A stretch of DNA of 36,713 bases. Origin: Octopus bimaculoides. Taxonomy: Eukaryota. Position 1 is the stretch's first letter. Each line of letters begins with the position of its first letter. Positions 9,295 to 21,657 of this stretch are shown one piece after another. The notes beneath the pieces are model-generated. The model did no database searches and was not told the origin of the DNA. It saw only the letters and a program-made list of their open reading frames with translations. The stretch lies in assembly GCF_001194135.2 (NCBI RefSeq), contig NC_068992.1, positions 35,819,210 through 35,855,922 of the forward strand. Reading direction: 5' to 3'. A program made the translations under genes and the position numbers.

Positions 9295-10582
9295 GATTTT
9301 ACAAACTTACTTACTACCGCACCTCCAAGGCGGCAGAAGTTTAACATCGATCCAAAATGCCTCTGAATGTTGCATCACATCCCTTCGGCAACATCTTTTA
9401 ACCTTCAAGCGTCAAATTGCATCCCTTGACCAAGTCTGCATACATGAAGCTGATAACATCATAAGATTTGGAAGGCAGCTCCTTCGTCTGATAACCTAGA
9501 ATATATACCCAAAGAAATCGCACGACTCTACCACAACATAACTTCAGATGAAAGGATGAGCCTGTATGAGCAGAAGACTATGCATGGATATGTTAATAGA
9601 AAGCTCTGTGATGATAGTAACGTCGATCATCAAAGCAGTTTATCATGGACCAATAACCGGAGTACTACCTCTCACGTTGAAGGCTGTGCGTTTTCAATCC
9701 AGAAACAGGAGATATCAACCAAGTACCTGATGCACAAAAGGGATAGAGATGCAGGAAAAGCCGTAGAATGTGACAACCGATGCAGACTTTGTGGAGTTCA
9801 CACTGAAGTTATCACCCACATCATAAGCAGTTGTCCGAAAATGTCATCACGGCACTATCTACCGATGAGACATGAGGTTGTATCTAGGACGCTCTATAAT
9901 GAAATCCGTTGGAAGAATAATCCCAAAGACAAAGAAATACAAACCCACAATATGGTAGAAGCCATAGCCACTCATAAAAAAGGGAACACTGGTGGAATGT
10001 ACCAGTGAAGACCTCAATAAAATGTAAGCACAACAGACCTGATATAATGATTCAGGATAGAGAAGAGAAACTGCAATTAGCTGCCCAGTGGATGTTAACA
10101 TAAAGCTGAAGATAAGTGAAAACGAGAACACCTATGCTGAACTATTGAGAAATCTGCAGTTACTCTATCCAGATTACAAGTTCAGGATTTACCTGTAATT
10201 ACTGGGGGCCTGGGATATGTTATACACTGCCTAAATACCTATCTTGAGAAATTAGGCTTCTCAAAACCAGAAAGGAGAAAGCTAATTCGAAGACTACAGA
10301 TCCAATCCATCACTGGAACTGTAAGAATCTGTAAAACTTTCCAGAAGTTTATCATTTAAATATATATGAGCATGTCTAGATATGTAACTATATGCATGAG
10401 AATACATACATAAAACATACAAATTTGCACACACATATACACAAAATACCCTGTTGTTGATGTTGAAATTCCAATGAAGGAACCTTGGATTTAGGTTAGA
10501 AACCAGTTTTTTCTCTATTGGCAAGAAATCTTGAAATAAACTAAATACATACATACATACATACATACATACATACATACAT
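9295..10582 (+). mobile_element. 5'-truncated RLE-type non-LTR retrotransposon (R2 group, R4/Dong-like)
   Basis: LPHLQGGRSL (post-RT motif), zinc knuckle CRLCGVHTEVITHIISSC, RHE motif, RLE region HNRPDIMIQD...ISCPVD; ORF ends about 10359; 3' UTR ends in (ATAC)n. Confidence 0.88.
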
Positions 10583-11229
10583 GATGCATTTGGATTGACG
10601 GAATAGATCGAGCAGTTAGCGCGTCAGGAAAATGATCATCATGGGTATATAATGTGAAAAACAGACCAAAGCGTCATGATAGACAAATAGATCAAGGAGA
10701 ATGGAGAGAGTGTAAGTGAGTGAAGAGAAGTGAAAAAGAAAGAGAGAATTGTAGAAATGAAGATAAAAATAAAAATGTATGGAGGGTAAAGAGGATAAGT
10801 AATGGAAATAAAAAGAATGAGAGCGAAAGTAAAATAAAGATAACGATAAAAGGTAAAAGGTTGGTATTATTCTTCGTCAGGGTAGGTTTGGGTGAGAGGT
10901 CAGAGATTAAGGTTTTGATAAAGTGGAGGAGGAAGGCAGACAGCATTTATGGCCATTAAAGGGTAATTAAATAGATAGATGAATTCGTGGTTCAGCGTGG
11001 TCAGAAAGAATATTTTACTTTAGTTCAGTAGTCAGTAAAGAGAGCTAAAATGCTAGAAATAGATGCCTAACTTTAGTGCAGCCAGTGTATTTTGAGGTAA
11101 AAGGTATTAATAGATGAAGGGAATACGTACGTATATTGTTACGACTGTGAATGTAGAGAAGCAGGTGACCAGTCTTGATTTTGCTTGCATTTGGACCTGT
11201 GGAAGAACCTAAAGGTACGGTAGAGTCTA

Positions 11230-12058
11230 TGTTAGCAGGAAGAGAATGTTTCATGATGTCTATTAAGTAATTGTGATAAATCATGAATTAATATTTGGTG
11301 GGCTTCCTTAAGGCAGAGTCAAATGTAGAGTGCTGGCCTCGGTATGGGACACCATAATCTATTATGGCCCAGGTTATCCTATATGGTATTTTCTTATTTA
11401 TCAGGAGTTGTATATGGTTGGCTAGGGAAATAGATTTGCAATGCTCCTCATATATAAATGAATTCAGATGTGCGGAATATCTCTACTTAAATTTAATTGT
11501 AGATCTCATGTAATGGCTAGCAGAATTGTGTGTTGTGGACAGTACACTTATACACAACGTTAAATGTTCTACAATGGTTTGCAGTGGGCATTCAGTCCCA
11601 GATCGGCAGTTGCAGCTGGATCTATCTGTCCTACGTGGGTTAGATGTGGATAGGAATGATGCCGTACTTTTTATGGGCAAGTTGAAGTCTAGGTAGTATT
11701 TGGGGGTTGGTTCATATTAGTATCTTTGTTATGTATATCTGTCGTGTCTGAAGGGTGGTGGCTAGGGGTGGATGTTCTAGGTTCTATTGAGAATCGAGAG
11801 ACAATGGCACTTGAGAGACTAGTTTCAGGAGCTTCTCTATTGCGGATCATTTTCTTTCGCGTTAACGAGTCGAACTATTCTTTCCATCTGAAGGCATCAT
11901 TCGAAATACTGCCTTGATTTACCTGGTTAAATTACATACTGTTTATTTGTGGATGACTAAAAACTTTATGCAAGAATATGCATGAGATGAAAAAGAGCCT
12001 CGACCTAGTTACAACATTCTCAAGGGTGTAGGGTTGGAGCTTGGTCAGGGTAAGCGTT
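11230..12058 (-). mobile_element. Penelope-like element remnant (linker plus GIY-YIG endonuclease)
   Basis: Minus-strand pieces in PLE order: NP-TP..ENVVT, HKSF, CNCRSGTECPL, HYMRSTIKFK, KKIPYRITWAII, LLNRHHETFSSC. Purine-rich 10690-11230 may be its 3' region. Confidence 0.8.
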
Positions 12059-12079
12059 ATTATAATAATAATAATGATG

Positions 12080-12137
<58 letters not shown>

Positions 12138-12157
12138 CAATAATAATAATGATAATA
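12059..12157. repeat. (AAT)n microsatellite
   Basis: Read directly. Confidence 0.98.
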
Positions 12158-12306
12158 CATTATTTACATTATTTACATTTGACGGATATTTGTCCTCTTC
12201 TTCTTTGTTGTTAACACAGCGTTTCGGCTGATATACCCTCCAGCCTTCATCAGGTGCCTTGGGGAAATTTCGAACTTGGGTTCTCTTTCCTTGGGTATTT
12301 TTCGAT
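12158..12306 (-). mobile_element. Penelope-type terminal repeat fragment with hammerhead motif
   Basis: Contains cctgatgaaggctg...cagccgaaac on the minus strand; upstream of and co-oriented with the PLE remnant; bounded by AAT arrays. Confidence 0.65.
12213..12258 (-). ncRNA. Degenerate minimal Type I hammerhead motif
   Basis: GGCAC-CTGATGA-A-GGCTGgagggtatatCAGCC-GAA-ACGC-T-GTGTT; stem II is a perfect 5 bp; extra A after A9; U16.1 position is C. Confidence 0.6.
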
Positions 12307-12307
12307 G

Positions 12308-12374
<67 letters not shown>

Positions 12375-12390
12375 CATTATTATTATTATT

Positions 12391-12942
12391 GAGTGAGAGA
12401 GCAGTACATGCCATCAAAGTGACACTGGGGTAAAATATACGAAGCCCATTATACCCATCATGACTACCCGTCTGATAAGGGTACACCAGGCACATGCATC
12501 ACAACCATATGTGCGTGACATGGTGATCTCATATCACGATAAACAGCGCATGACCTCGGAGGTGGGGGCCCAGTTAGAATTTTCTTCAGGTCGAATAGCC
12601 CATCCCGCTCAAAAGGTCTCTGAATAAGGTTTGTTTAAGGATGTTGCGCAAAACACCCATGTTTCCAAAGGTGAATTATTCAAACCCAAAAGAATTCCTC
12701 TTGACACATGACTATGATGCTCCCCCAACTACTTCTGCTCATGATCAGAGATGCACATATCGTCAGCCACCAAGGGACATGTTCAACTGGTTAAGGTCAA
12801 ACAACTAACAAGTAAATCTGTGGTATTAAGCAGAATATTTGCTGTAGCCCATCTTTTTATACCAAGACAAANNNNNNNNNNNNNNNNNNNNNNNNNNNNT
12901 CAGAAGCCATGAGAAACACTGCCTGGTACTGCATCTGGGCAT
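12391..12942 (-). mobile_element. About 550-bp non-coding interspersed element flanked by (AAT)n on both sides
   Basis: No ORF; its 3' end recurs at 1-76; AAT arrays at 12307-12390 and 12943-12997; N-gap at 12872-12899. Confidence 0.7.
12872..12899. other. Assembly gap (others at 23971-24026, 28193-28223, 29405-29534, 32118-32127)
   Basis: Runs of N. Confidence 1.
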
Positions 12943-12948
12943 TTATTA

Positions 12949-12998
<50 letters not shown>

Positions 12999-13104
12999 CA
13001 AATATCCGTCAAATGTAAATAATGTAAATAATGAACATAATTCCTCATCTCATAAATATGCAACAACAACAACAATAATAATAATAATAATAATAATAAT
13101 TGTT

Positions 13105-13305
13105 TCAAATTTTGCCACAAGGGCAGCTATTTTGGGGGGAGTGGATGAGTCGATTACATCGACCCCAGTGGTTCACTAGTACTTAATTTGTCGCCCCCGA
13201 GAGGCAAATTCGACCTCGGCGGAATTTGAACTTAGAACGTAGTGACGGCCGGAATATCGCTAAGCATTTCATCCAGTGTGCTAACGAATCTGCCAGCTCG
13301 ACGCC

Positions 13306-13307
<2 letters not shown>
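13105..13307 (-). mobile_element. tRNA-derived SINE
   Basis: Minus strand ggcgtcgagctggcagattcgttagc (A-box-like) ... gttctaagttcaaattcc (B-box-like); homologous to 13400-13591, 17128-17220, 29612-29814 and 33692-33818. Confidence 0.85.
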
Positions 13308-13363
<56 letters not shown>

Positions 13364-13399
13364 TAACAACAACAACAACAACAACAACAGCAACAACAA

Positions 13400-13591
13400 T
13401 TGTTCTTTCTACTGGAAGCACAAGACCTCAAATTTGGGAGAAGGGATTAAGTCGATTAAATAACTAGTCCTTATTTAATCGACCCCGAAAGGATGAAAGA
13501 CAAAGTTGACCTCGGCGGAATTTGAACTCAGAATGTAGCGGCAGACGAAATACCGCTAAGCATTTTCGCCCGGCGTGCTAACGATTCTGCC
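13400..13591 (-). mobile_element. tRNA-derived SINE (same family)
   Basis: atcgaccccgaaaggatgaaagacaaagttgacctcggcggaatttgaactcagaa; flanked by AAT/AAC arrays at 13308-13399 and 13594-13700. Confidence 0.85.
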
Positions 13592-13593
13592 AA

Positions 13594-13628
<35 letters not shown>

Positions 13629-13653
13629 TAACAACAACAACAACAACAACAAC

Positions 13654-13701
<48 letters not shown>

Positions 13702-14688
13702 GTACTCTTTGTTCTGCCATTGATTCTTTCCTTCTTTTTTGTATTTTATTATACGTTTTTTAGGTTCGATGAAAAAATTATTTTATGAAATGAAATTGCT
13801 TCAATCGCAGGTATAAATTTGACTGTCGTCTTGGCAAAGTGACAATTTCACTTTGTTTCATGACTAACTACCCGAAGATTGACTAGAGTAGGGCTGTGAT
13901 TTACATTGTATCTTCTCTCATTACTTTGAAGAAGCAAAAGAAATATTTGATTCAATTCCGACCGATAGAATTGTCAGCGGAGGAATGTATTTTGTATGAA
14001 TTTTAGCAAAATTCAAAATAATTTGTTTTGTGATGTGTTGAAAGATATTTCTATTGCGCTTCGCCTTTTGTTAAACTGATTTCAATTTTCGTATAAACAG
14101 TTGTCCACTCGACAGACAACGTTGAACAGAACTGGGTTAGCTTAAATTCCGAATTAACATTTTTTAATTCAAAACTATTTTTCCCACCTTCTCACATATT
14201 CAATCAATGTATTAAAAAAGTGAAATGTTTCAACATTTATCCGCTTGGTTGATTTTTAAATCGGTGTCTTAGTAACTACTGAAGCTAAAAGTTCAAATCG
14301 TGCTTCAATAATTACAAATCAAAATAAAAGCAACTGATTTGTGTCGTGCGAAAATTTGTTCGTTTATCGTTTCATGTGGCTTATGACTTTGCTGCCCATA
14401 TCGCATACGAATAACAAAAGCAAGTACAAATAGTTTCCATAGCAATACATACTGGTTATTGTAAAAGTAACAGGTATAGCATACCAAAATTTAGATATAT
14501 GGGACAAGTAGAAAACTGATTACATTTTAAAATTTTGACATTTGATGAAAATATGTATGTTAAATAGAGGAAAGGGAGTTCTGAAGTAACTCCCTAAGTT
14601 ACTGTAACTTAAAGTTTTGGGGGGTTTTTTTTTTTTCAATATTAAGCAAAACTGATATGAAATACAAATTAGCAAATAATTTTGTACA

Positions 14689-14806
<118 letters not shown>

Positions 14807-15419
14807 TTATATTAAACACATTAAGTTTAAAATCTTGCTTTAAAAATTAATTAGAGAACATCGTTTTCACTGGTTTATAAATAAATCAAATATGGAATTA
14901 TGTATGTATGCCAAAGACTCTTGAAAATACAGTTTTCGAGAAATATTATATCTGCAAATGTTCTAATAGTCAAGAAATTATTGATGCAACCAATTAATAT
15001 GTAAATAATATCTCTTATGTTCCATAAGTAGCACGCTGATCCAGTTTGATATCTTGATTACTTGTGTTAAGCTAATTTAGAACAGCGACAATTTCGCTTA
15101 TTATATATGCAAATTAATTGCATATTTAAATCTCAAATGTGCAAATTAAGTAAAGTTCTTTTTATATTTGCATTCATCCTTTAAATGCATGTTATATACT
15201 GTTTCAGATTTTACTATGTTTGAATTGGGTTAGGTTGTATTTTTAATAGTCCAGGACGAGCTTATGCTTCAAGTTTACATACAATATATATATATTAGGT
15301 GCCTCATATAGATAACGATTCCAATTCAGAGCTGCTTCTGTTGTATAAACTGAAATTCAGTCAAGCAGCTTTTCTGTAATACCAGTAAATTATTTATTCA
15401 TCGTATGAATATATTTCAG

Positions 15420-15580
15420 ACTGGCAGGGACGTTTTCGTGTCGGATGTTACGCGTGGTCGCTTCTGGAGCGACTTCGTTTCGTTTAGCACTGAAGTATAT
15501 TGGGTTTTTAATACAATACGTCTATGTCAGGATCTTTTTTCGGATGAACACGGCAAGTTTTGGCTTTTCTGCCGTATACA
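15420..15580 (+). promoter_or_regulatory. CpG-rich unique segment; candidate promoter or upstream exon (possible exon 15420-15494)
   Basis: Many CpGs against an AT-rich background; acceptor tttcag|15420; donor gaa|gtatat at 15495; hairpin GTCGCT-tctgg-AGCGAC at 15457-15473. Confidence 0.3.
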
Positions 15581-15785
15581 TACATTAAGCATGTTATATA
15601 GCTTAAAATTTATATCTAAAATTTAAGATTTCGGCTACTGGCAGTTTCGAAAATTCTGTGTATTTTTTACAACACTAAATAGAAAAGTTTACCTACACAT
15701 AACTGCCGTAAATAGGCGCACCACCGAATTATATTCCACATCTCCGAAATCAGCTGCTATGAAAATTAAGCAATAGTATATCACC

Positions 15786-15900
15786 ATGAATTCACCACAT
15801 CTGATAATTGAACAGGATGACCGTTATTCGAAACAGAAAAACCATTCGAATGAGCCTATGGAATTCCTAGCAAATGTCCATAAGACAAATGGTGACTCAG
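15786..15900 (+). CDS. Candidate first coding exon (38 aa plus 1 nt) of a host gene
   Basis: caccATG; MNSPHLIIEQDDRYSKQKNHSNEPMEFLANVHKTNGDS; strong phase-1 donor CAG|GTAAGC; in-frame upstream stop at 15774. Confidence 0.5.
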
Positions 15901-16394
15901 GTAAGCATAATTTATGAGTGCAACTATTTCCTTATGCGGTAAACCTTTCATTATTTAAGAACCACAGCCTCTTTTAAATACAAAATATATAACCATATTC
16001 AATCAGTTAAGAACCTGCATTAACATAATACTACCTCGTTGGTGAAATTGATTTGATATGGGATTTAGAAAAGAAAAACATTATCTCCAAAATAACTTGG
16101 TCAGAGATTAAAGCGGATTTTCGGTGCAAGAGTGGGGGAATTGAGTGCAACTGATATGTATTATTAATTCACTTTAATATAATAGACCTTTCAATGAAGT
16201 TCCAATAATGTAGCAAGAATTTAGTTTCTTTTCTTTTGATGAGGGATTTATATTAATTTTCTGTCTTTGCGTATTCACCCTTATTTCGTCTGCCTTCCCC
16301 TAACCTACGTTAGGATCTCACCACATATTCTGTGTAATTGTTATTGGAAATCTATTGATATAAATTTCTAGCTTCAGTACTTTATTTAGTAGTC

Positions 16395-16593
16395 GTGGCT
16401 ATATGGTGAGAAGCTTGCTTCTCAACCACATGGTGCCAGGTTCAGTTCCCCTGTGTGACACCTCCGGCAAGTGTCTTGTGCTATAGCCTCGGGAAGACCA
16501 AAGCTTTGAAGGACATTGGTAGACGGAAACTGAAAGAAGCTCGTCGTATGTGTGTGTTTGTCGTTGTGTCTGTGTTTGTCCCCCACCATCGTT
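16395..16593 (+). mobile_element. tRNA-derived SINE
   Basis: gtggctatatggtgagaagc (A-box-like), ggttcagttcccc (B-box-like), ggcaagtgtctt core, GT-rich tail. Confidence 0.75.
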
Positions 16594-17127
16594 TTAATTA
16601 CTATAGTTATTTCATTACTTGTATTTCCTGATTTAATAATTGCATTATTTTCACAACTTTCATGTAACCAGAGCTTTATGTTTGCACAATCATGATGACT
16701 TTATTTTCAATATCAAAACAAATTATTAAGTTTCAATTTAAAATTTGTTAATACGTAAAGTCTAATTTTTCAAATTTTTCAATCTTATAACTTTTAATTG
16801 TTTAAGTTTTATCTGTAACCAATTACATTATTTTATTACTTCAATTTCAATCTCTGAAGTTCTAAATCTTTAATTATCTTTTCTTACATAATCTCTCAAT
16901 TCAAGCTTATTTTTCTAATTCCTGACTTCAAATGTAATAACACATATTTTCTTAATAAACTTCGCTTTCAAAGTTTATTCTAGGCATTTACTCAATCTTC
17001 CAAATACTAGTCTATTAAGACATTGCTTCATTGCTCTTTCATCACATTTCTTTGTTAATTTGTTCATAAAGAAAAGTTGTAACAGTACTCCACTTGTTTT
17101 CTTTTATTTATTATTGGATAACTCCTA

Positions 17128-17727
17128 AAGGTGGTGAGCTAGCTGAAACGCTAGCACGCCGAGCCAAATGCTCAACGGTATTTCGTCCATCTTTACGTTC
17201 CGAGTTCAAATTCTACCGAGATTGTAAGACTAGAAATATAATGTTTATGTACAGCTCATTAAATTTCAGAGACAGTGTCGATAGATTATACCGGAGGTGG
17301 GAAGAGGTCTGATGTCAATAGAAGACTGTGCAGATTGAGTGGATGCCTAGAATAAACATGCTATATGTCCCAATGTAGTTCCTTGGCCACACAGTCGTAT
17401 ATGCGTCAATATTCCTTCTGTGCCAAAGGACTACAGGAAATTATTATGAGCAAAATTGATTCCTTTTTCTCATCACATACTCTACACTTTACACTTTCCG
17501 CAGATATTTTTTTTTTTGCCGAAACGACTGGCCGTCAACAGCTACTATCAGTCCTTCCATTTCTTTCTTAACGTCTCCATTCTTCAGCCATAGTCAACAA
17601 TACAAACCAATACAAGATTTTATGGGATTTTAATGTACAGAGTTTGTCTTTCATCCTTTCAGGAGTGATAAATTAAGTACCAGTGAAACACTGGTGTCGA
17701 TGTAATCGACTAGTTCCCTCCCTAAAA
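17128..17727 (+). mobile_element. SINE split by a 420-bp insert that contains an RLE-LINE fragment
   Basis: SINE head 17128-17220 and tail 17641-17727; the insert has broken frames resembling DRLY..R..GGRGLMSIEDC at about 17270-17345. Confidence 0.65.
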
Positions 17728-17869
17728 ATTATTATTATTGTTATTATTATTATTATTATCATCATCATCATCATCATCATCATTATTATCATTGTTGTTG
17801 TTTTCTTTTCTTCTTTCTTCAAATTTTCTCCATTTCTCGCCGAGTGTTTTCCGTACATCTAGTGCAGAG

Positions 17870-18934
17870 AAGCTCATTGTATGCATTTCCAGTTTACACA
17901 CGCAAATTTACAGGTAAAAAACGTATTTAAAAAAATTAATAATTAAATAAATTCATGAATGGATGCTATTTTCACAGCGATAATGCTCTTCTCAATACAT
18001 GAGTCGTTCCAGTTAACACGATTTTTGCACTTCCTGTAGGGATGGTAAGCCTGGTATCATTTTCAAATAGGTTCCAGTACCTTTTTTATCATTCCTAGAG
18101 ATTCTACAATCACTGGTACGGTAGTCGCCTTGAGATGCCACATTTTTTTCAATTTCTATTAGCAAGTCTTTATAATTACTGCTCTCGTCAAATTCTTTTA
18201 CAGCTATATTGTGATCGCAAGGAATACTCATGTCAATTAATAAACACACCTTTTTTTTTATCTGATCTTTTATAATAATATCCGATTTATTAGCTTTTAT
18301 AGCCTTGTCGGTATGTACGGGGAAGTCCCAGAGAATCGATACATTTTCTCCCTCAGTCACAGCTTAAGGATGGTGTTTATACCATTTGTCAGCGGTTCTG
18401 ATTTTATAATGCTGACATATTGTCCAGAGTAAATACTGGCTGACTCTGTTATGTCTTGCTTTATATTCTACAGGTGTTAAGGCTCTACACCCTGAGATTA
18501 GGTGGTCTATAGTTTCAATCTCATCGTTACAGAATCGGCATTGTGGTTCAGCTCCATTTTTTATCACATTGGCTTGGTAGTTCCGGGTTAATAAGCTTTG
18601 GTCTTGAGCAGCTACTATGAAACTTTCACTCTCTGCTTTTAGCCCTGAGCATCGTAACCATTGATTCGTGTGTTTCTGGTTGACATCAGCTTGTTTGCTA
18701 CGGGCCACATACTCGCCATGCAAAGGTTTCTGTTCCCATCTCCTAGCTAATTTTTCATGTGCTTTTATCTTTGCAATTAATTTTATTTTATTTGCAGCAG
18801 CAGTTGGCGCATTTCCTTCAACCTGATCAATCTGATAGGTATCTAAGAGATCAGTAGCGAATTTCTTGCTCTCTTTCAGAATAGAGTGAAGTTTTTTCGG
18901 TCTTTCATGTTTTTCAACATGTTTTAGCATCCAA
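17870..18934 (-). mobile_element. RLE-type LINE 3' half (R4/Dong-like)
   Basis: RWEQKPLHG, WLRCSGLKAESESFIVAAQDQSL, CRFCNDEIETIDHLISGC, RHN, LWDFPVHTD..ANKSDIII..D; internal stop at 18364; AAT/GAT array beyond the 3' UTR. Confidence 0.9.
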
Positions 18935-21595
18935 TTGTTGGTTGTTTCAAGTCATGGTGCAGATCGAATGAACTCTAGGGGTCTGTGCATGCTTCCGTCT
19001 TGTCTAAGACGGAAATTCAATCTAAGCATGTTTCAACGGCGGAACTGTTGCAAGACGACCTGGATGCATCCTAGATCTAAGAATTGGCATATCACTAAGA
19101 CGCGAGACAAAATAACTTTAACATTACACGTTCCTTTCATAACATCTGTTATCTCTCTAACCATTCTCTTCTTCTTCGTGGTGAGACTACGCTCTATCTG
19201 AAACACACAATACAAAAATGTCATCAGTGTTTAAGCGCACCAATATTCTGTGTTTGAAATCCGCTGGTTGAGCTCTCTAACAAGCTGGACACTGCACTCA
19301 ACATTGTTAATATCAGTGATGACATCGAGTCATCTTGGAAGGCTCTGCGTGATGCAACTCTTCATCCTTAAAGGTTTTCAGACCTCTTGTCCGTAAATAA
19401 CAAGATTAGTTTCATGATAACAGCACAGATGTCCAGCAGTTGATAGATAAAATGTACAGCTCTCATAAAACATGGAACAATCCAGCAAAAAAATGCTTAT
19501 AAGAAATGATCTAACGTGCTCTTAAACAGATGAAGGAGGTTCGGTGTTCATCCAGCACTACTGAACTCCAATAAACTGAAGACAAAGAATTCTAAAGTTT
19601 TCTATAATACCCTCGAGAAAATGTGTGGCCTTTAAAAGCACAGTATTATTTCAACTTTTTCATCCAATGAAGAAGCACTGTTAACTGACAAATCTGACTT
19701 CCTGAAATGATGGAAAGGCCACTTCGAAACCGTGTTGAATTCTACCCCGGTCACTGATGATGACGTTATAGTGTCTGTTTCACAGCACGCTGAAATACTG
19801 GAACTGTCTCTGGGCCATCATTCCTGTAAGTGCTAAACTCCGTTAGATAGATCTTTTCGTGTAAAGCGCCTGGCAAGGATGCTGTCCCGTCTGAAATCTA
19901 CAAGTACGGTAGACAGAAGCTTTTCGAGAAATTGCACGTCTTCTAAATAAATATTCGGAGGATTGGCAGTGTAGCACAGGATTTAAGGATGCATCAGTTC
20001 AACACCTTTATAAGAACAAGGGAAACAGAAGTACTTATGATAATCATCGTGGGATATCTCTTGTGTCTATTGCTGGTAAGATTTTTTGCTCGACTAATAC
20101 TTGATAGGATCATCAAAATGGCATCTATCCAGAATAGCACTATCGACATGATCTTTTCCCTTCGTCAAGGTCACTGAGAAGGTACGTGAGAAACATCAGG
20201 AGCTATTCATGGTATTCATTGACCTTCTTAAGGCTTTCGACACTGTTAACCAGCAAGCGCTTTGGTAAGTTCTGAAAAAGCTTCGTATATCTGACAAGAC
20301 ATTGAATGTTATCATCTTTTATGAGGGAACGAAAGCTGCTACTGTGTCCTGCGGGGAATCTTCTACTCTCTACGCTGTTACAAACGGCACAAAGCAAGGT
20401 TGCGTCATCGACCTTGTTTTGTTTGTACTCTTCTTTTCGGTGATGCTGAAGTATGCTTTTGGTGACATAGTAAGTGGTGTTAAGTTACAGTTAGAAGCAT
20501 GTTGTGGACTATTCACTCATCAGCGTTTCAAAGCCAAAACACTGCTATGCACCAGTATCATTCGTGATCTGCTTTGCGCTGTACTAGTAGTGATTCCCCA
20601 GAGGAAGCTCAGGAACTCCTTGGTTGGTTTCATCTGTATGTTAAGCCTTCAGCTTGACCATCAGCATAAAGAAGATAGAAGTGATCGTCTAACCTTGCCC
20701 TACTCCTGAGCAAATTCAAGGCGTCAAGCAGAGACGACTGGTTCAGAATTTCCATGACACCCCTATACAGATTAACGGGAAAAACCTCAAGTATGTGAAG
20801 TCATTTACATATCTTGGTAATAAAGTAAACTCAAGCGCTTCCCTTGCTGATGAAATCGGCAACCGTCTTGCTAAAGCAACCAACACATTTAGCGAACTCC
20901 GGCATTGCCTATGGAATGAAAGAAGCATTAAACTTGACATCAATGTACAGATCTATAACTGCCATTCATAATACTCTCTTGTATGGCTCGGAATCGTGGG
21001 CACCCTATAGGTGGTACATTAACCAACTAGACGTCTTCCACAAAGGCTGTCTTAGAACATTAAAACATTAAAACATAGAGTGTCTAATGTTGACCTATCT
21101 AACAAGTATAAGATTAGCGGAATCAAAAGCTTCCTTATGCAGTCGCAATTACGCTGAGCTGGTCGCGTTGTCAGAATGAGTGACAAAAGAATACCCGAAG
21201 TCCTCATGTACACTCAGCTTCATATGGACACAAGAATGTTGGTCGACCATGGCTCAGATATAAGGGTAAGCTAATAAGTAACCTCTATAACTCACATTCT
21301 ATATATCTCACAACACTTTTGAAGAAATATCCTTAAAGCGATCAGAATGGAGACCGTAGTGTGAAAATAGTGTAAGAGATTTTATTTCGACCAGCATTCA
21401 CAGCCAAAGGAGAAAAGTGGCTGCGAATACACCGCCTGCACTGACCCGTAATCCGCATACTTGCAACATCTGTGGTCTTTATTATAAGTCGTTGGCAGGA
21501 CTTAAATGTCACATTAGACAGAAGCATTATGACTGACAAAGAAAGTTTAGGCTGTCGGATCGTCATACGCCGAAATCGACGGGAGTGTCCATCAT
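18935..21595 (+). mobile_element. RTE-clade LINE (APE C-terminus, RT, terminal C2H2 finger), degenerate
   Basis: MFQRRNCCKTTWMHPRSKNWH (RTE APE motif), FIDLLKAFDTVN, GTKQGCVI, TLLYGSESW, QSQLR*AGRVVRM, C-terminal CNICGLYYKSLAGLKCHIRQKH; ends at (GT)n 21596-21655. Confidence 0.88.
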
Positions 21596-21599
21596 GTGC

Positions 21600-21657
<58 letters not shown>

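Noticed and set aside
13884-14000. Short frame AVILHCIFSHYFEEAKEIFDSIPTDRIVSGGM
   Set aside because: Protein-like composition, but no convincing splice pair or recognisable family.
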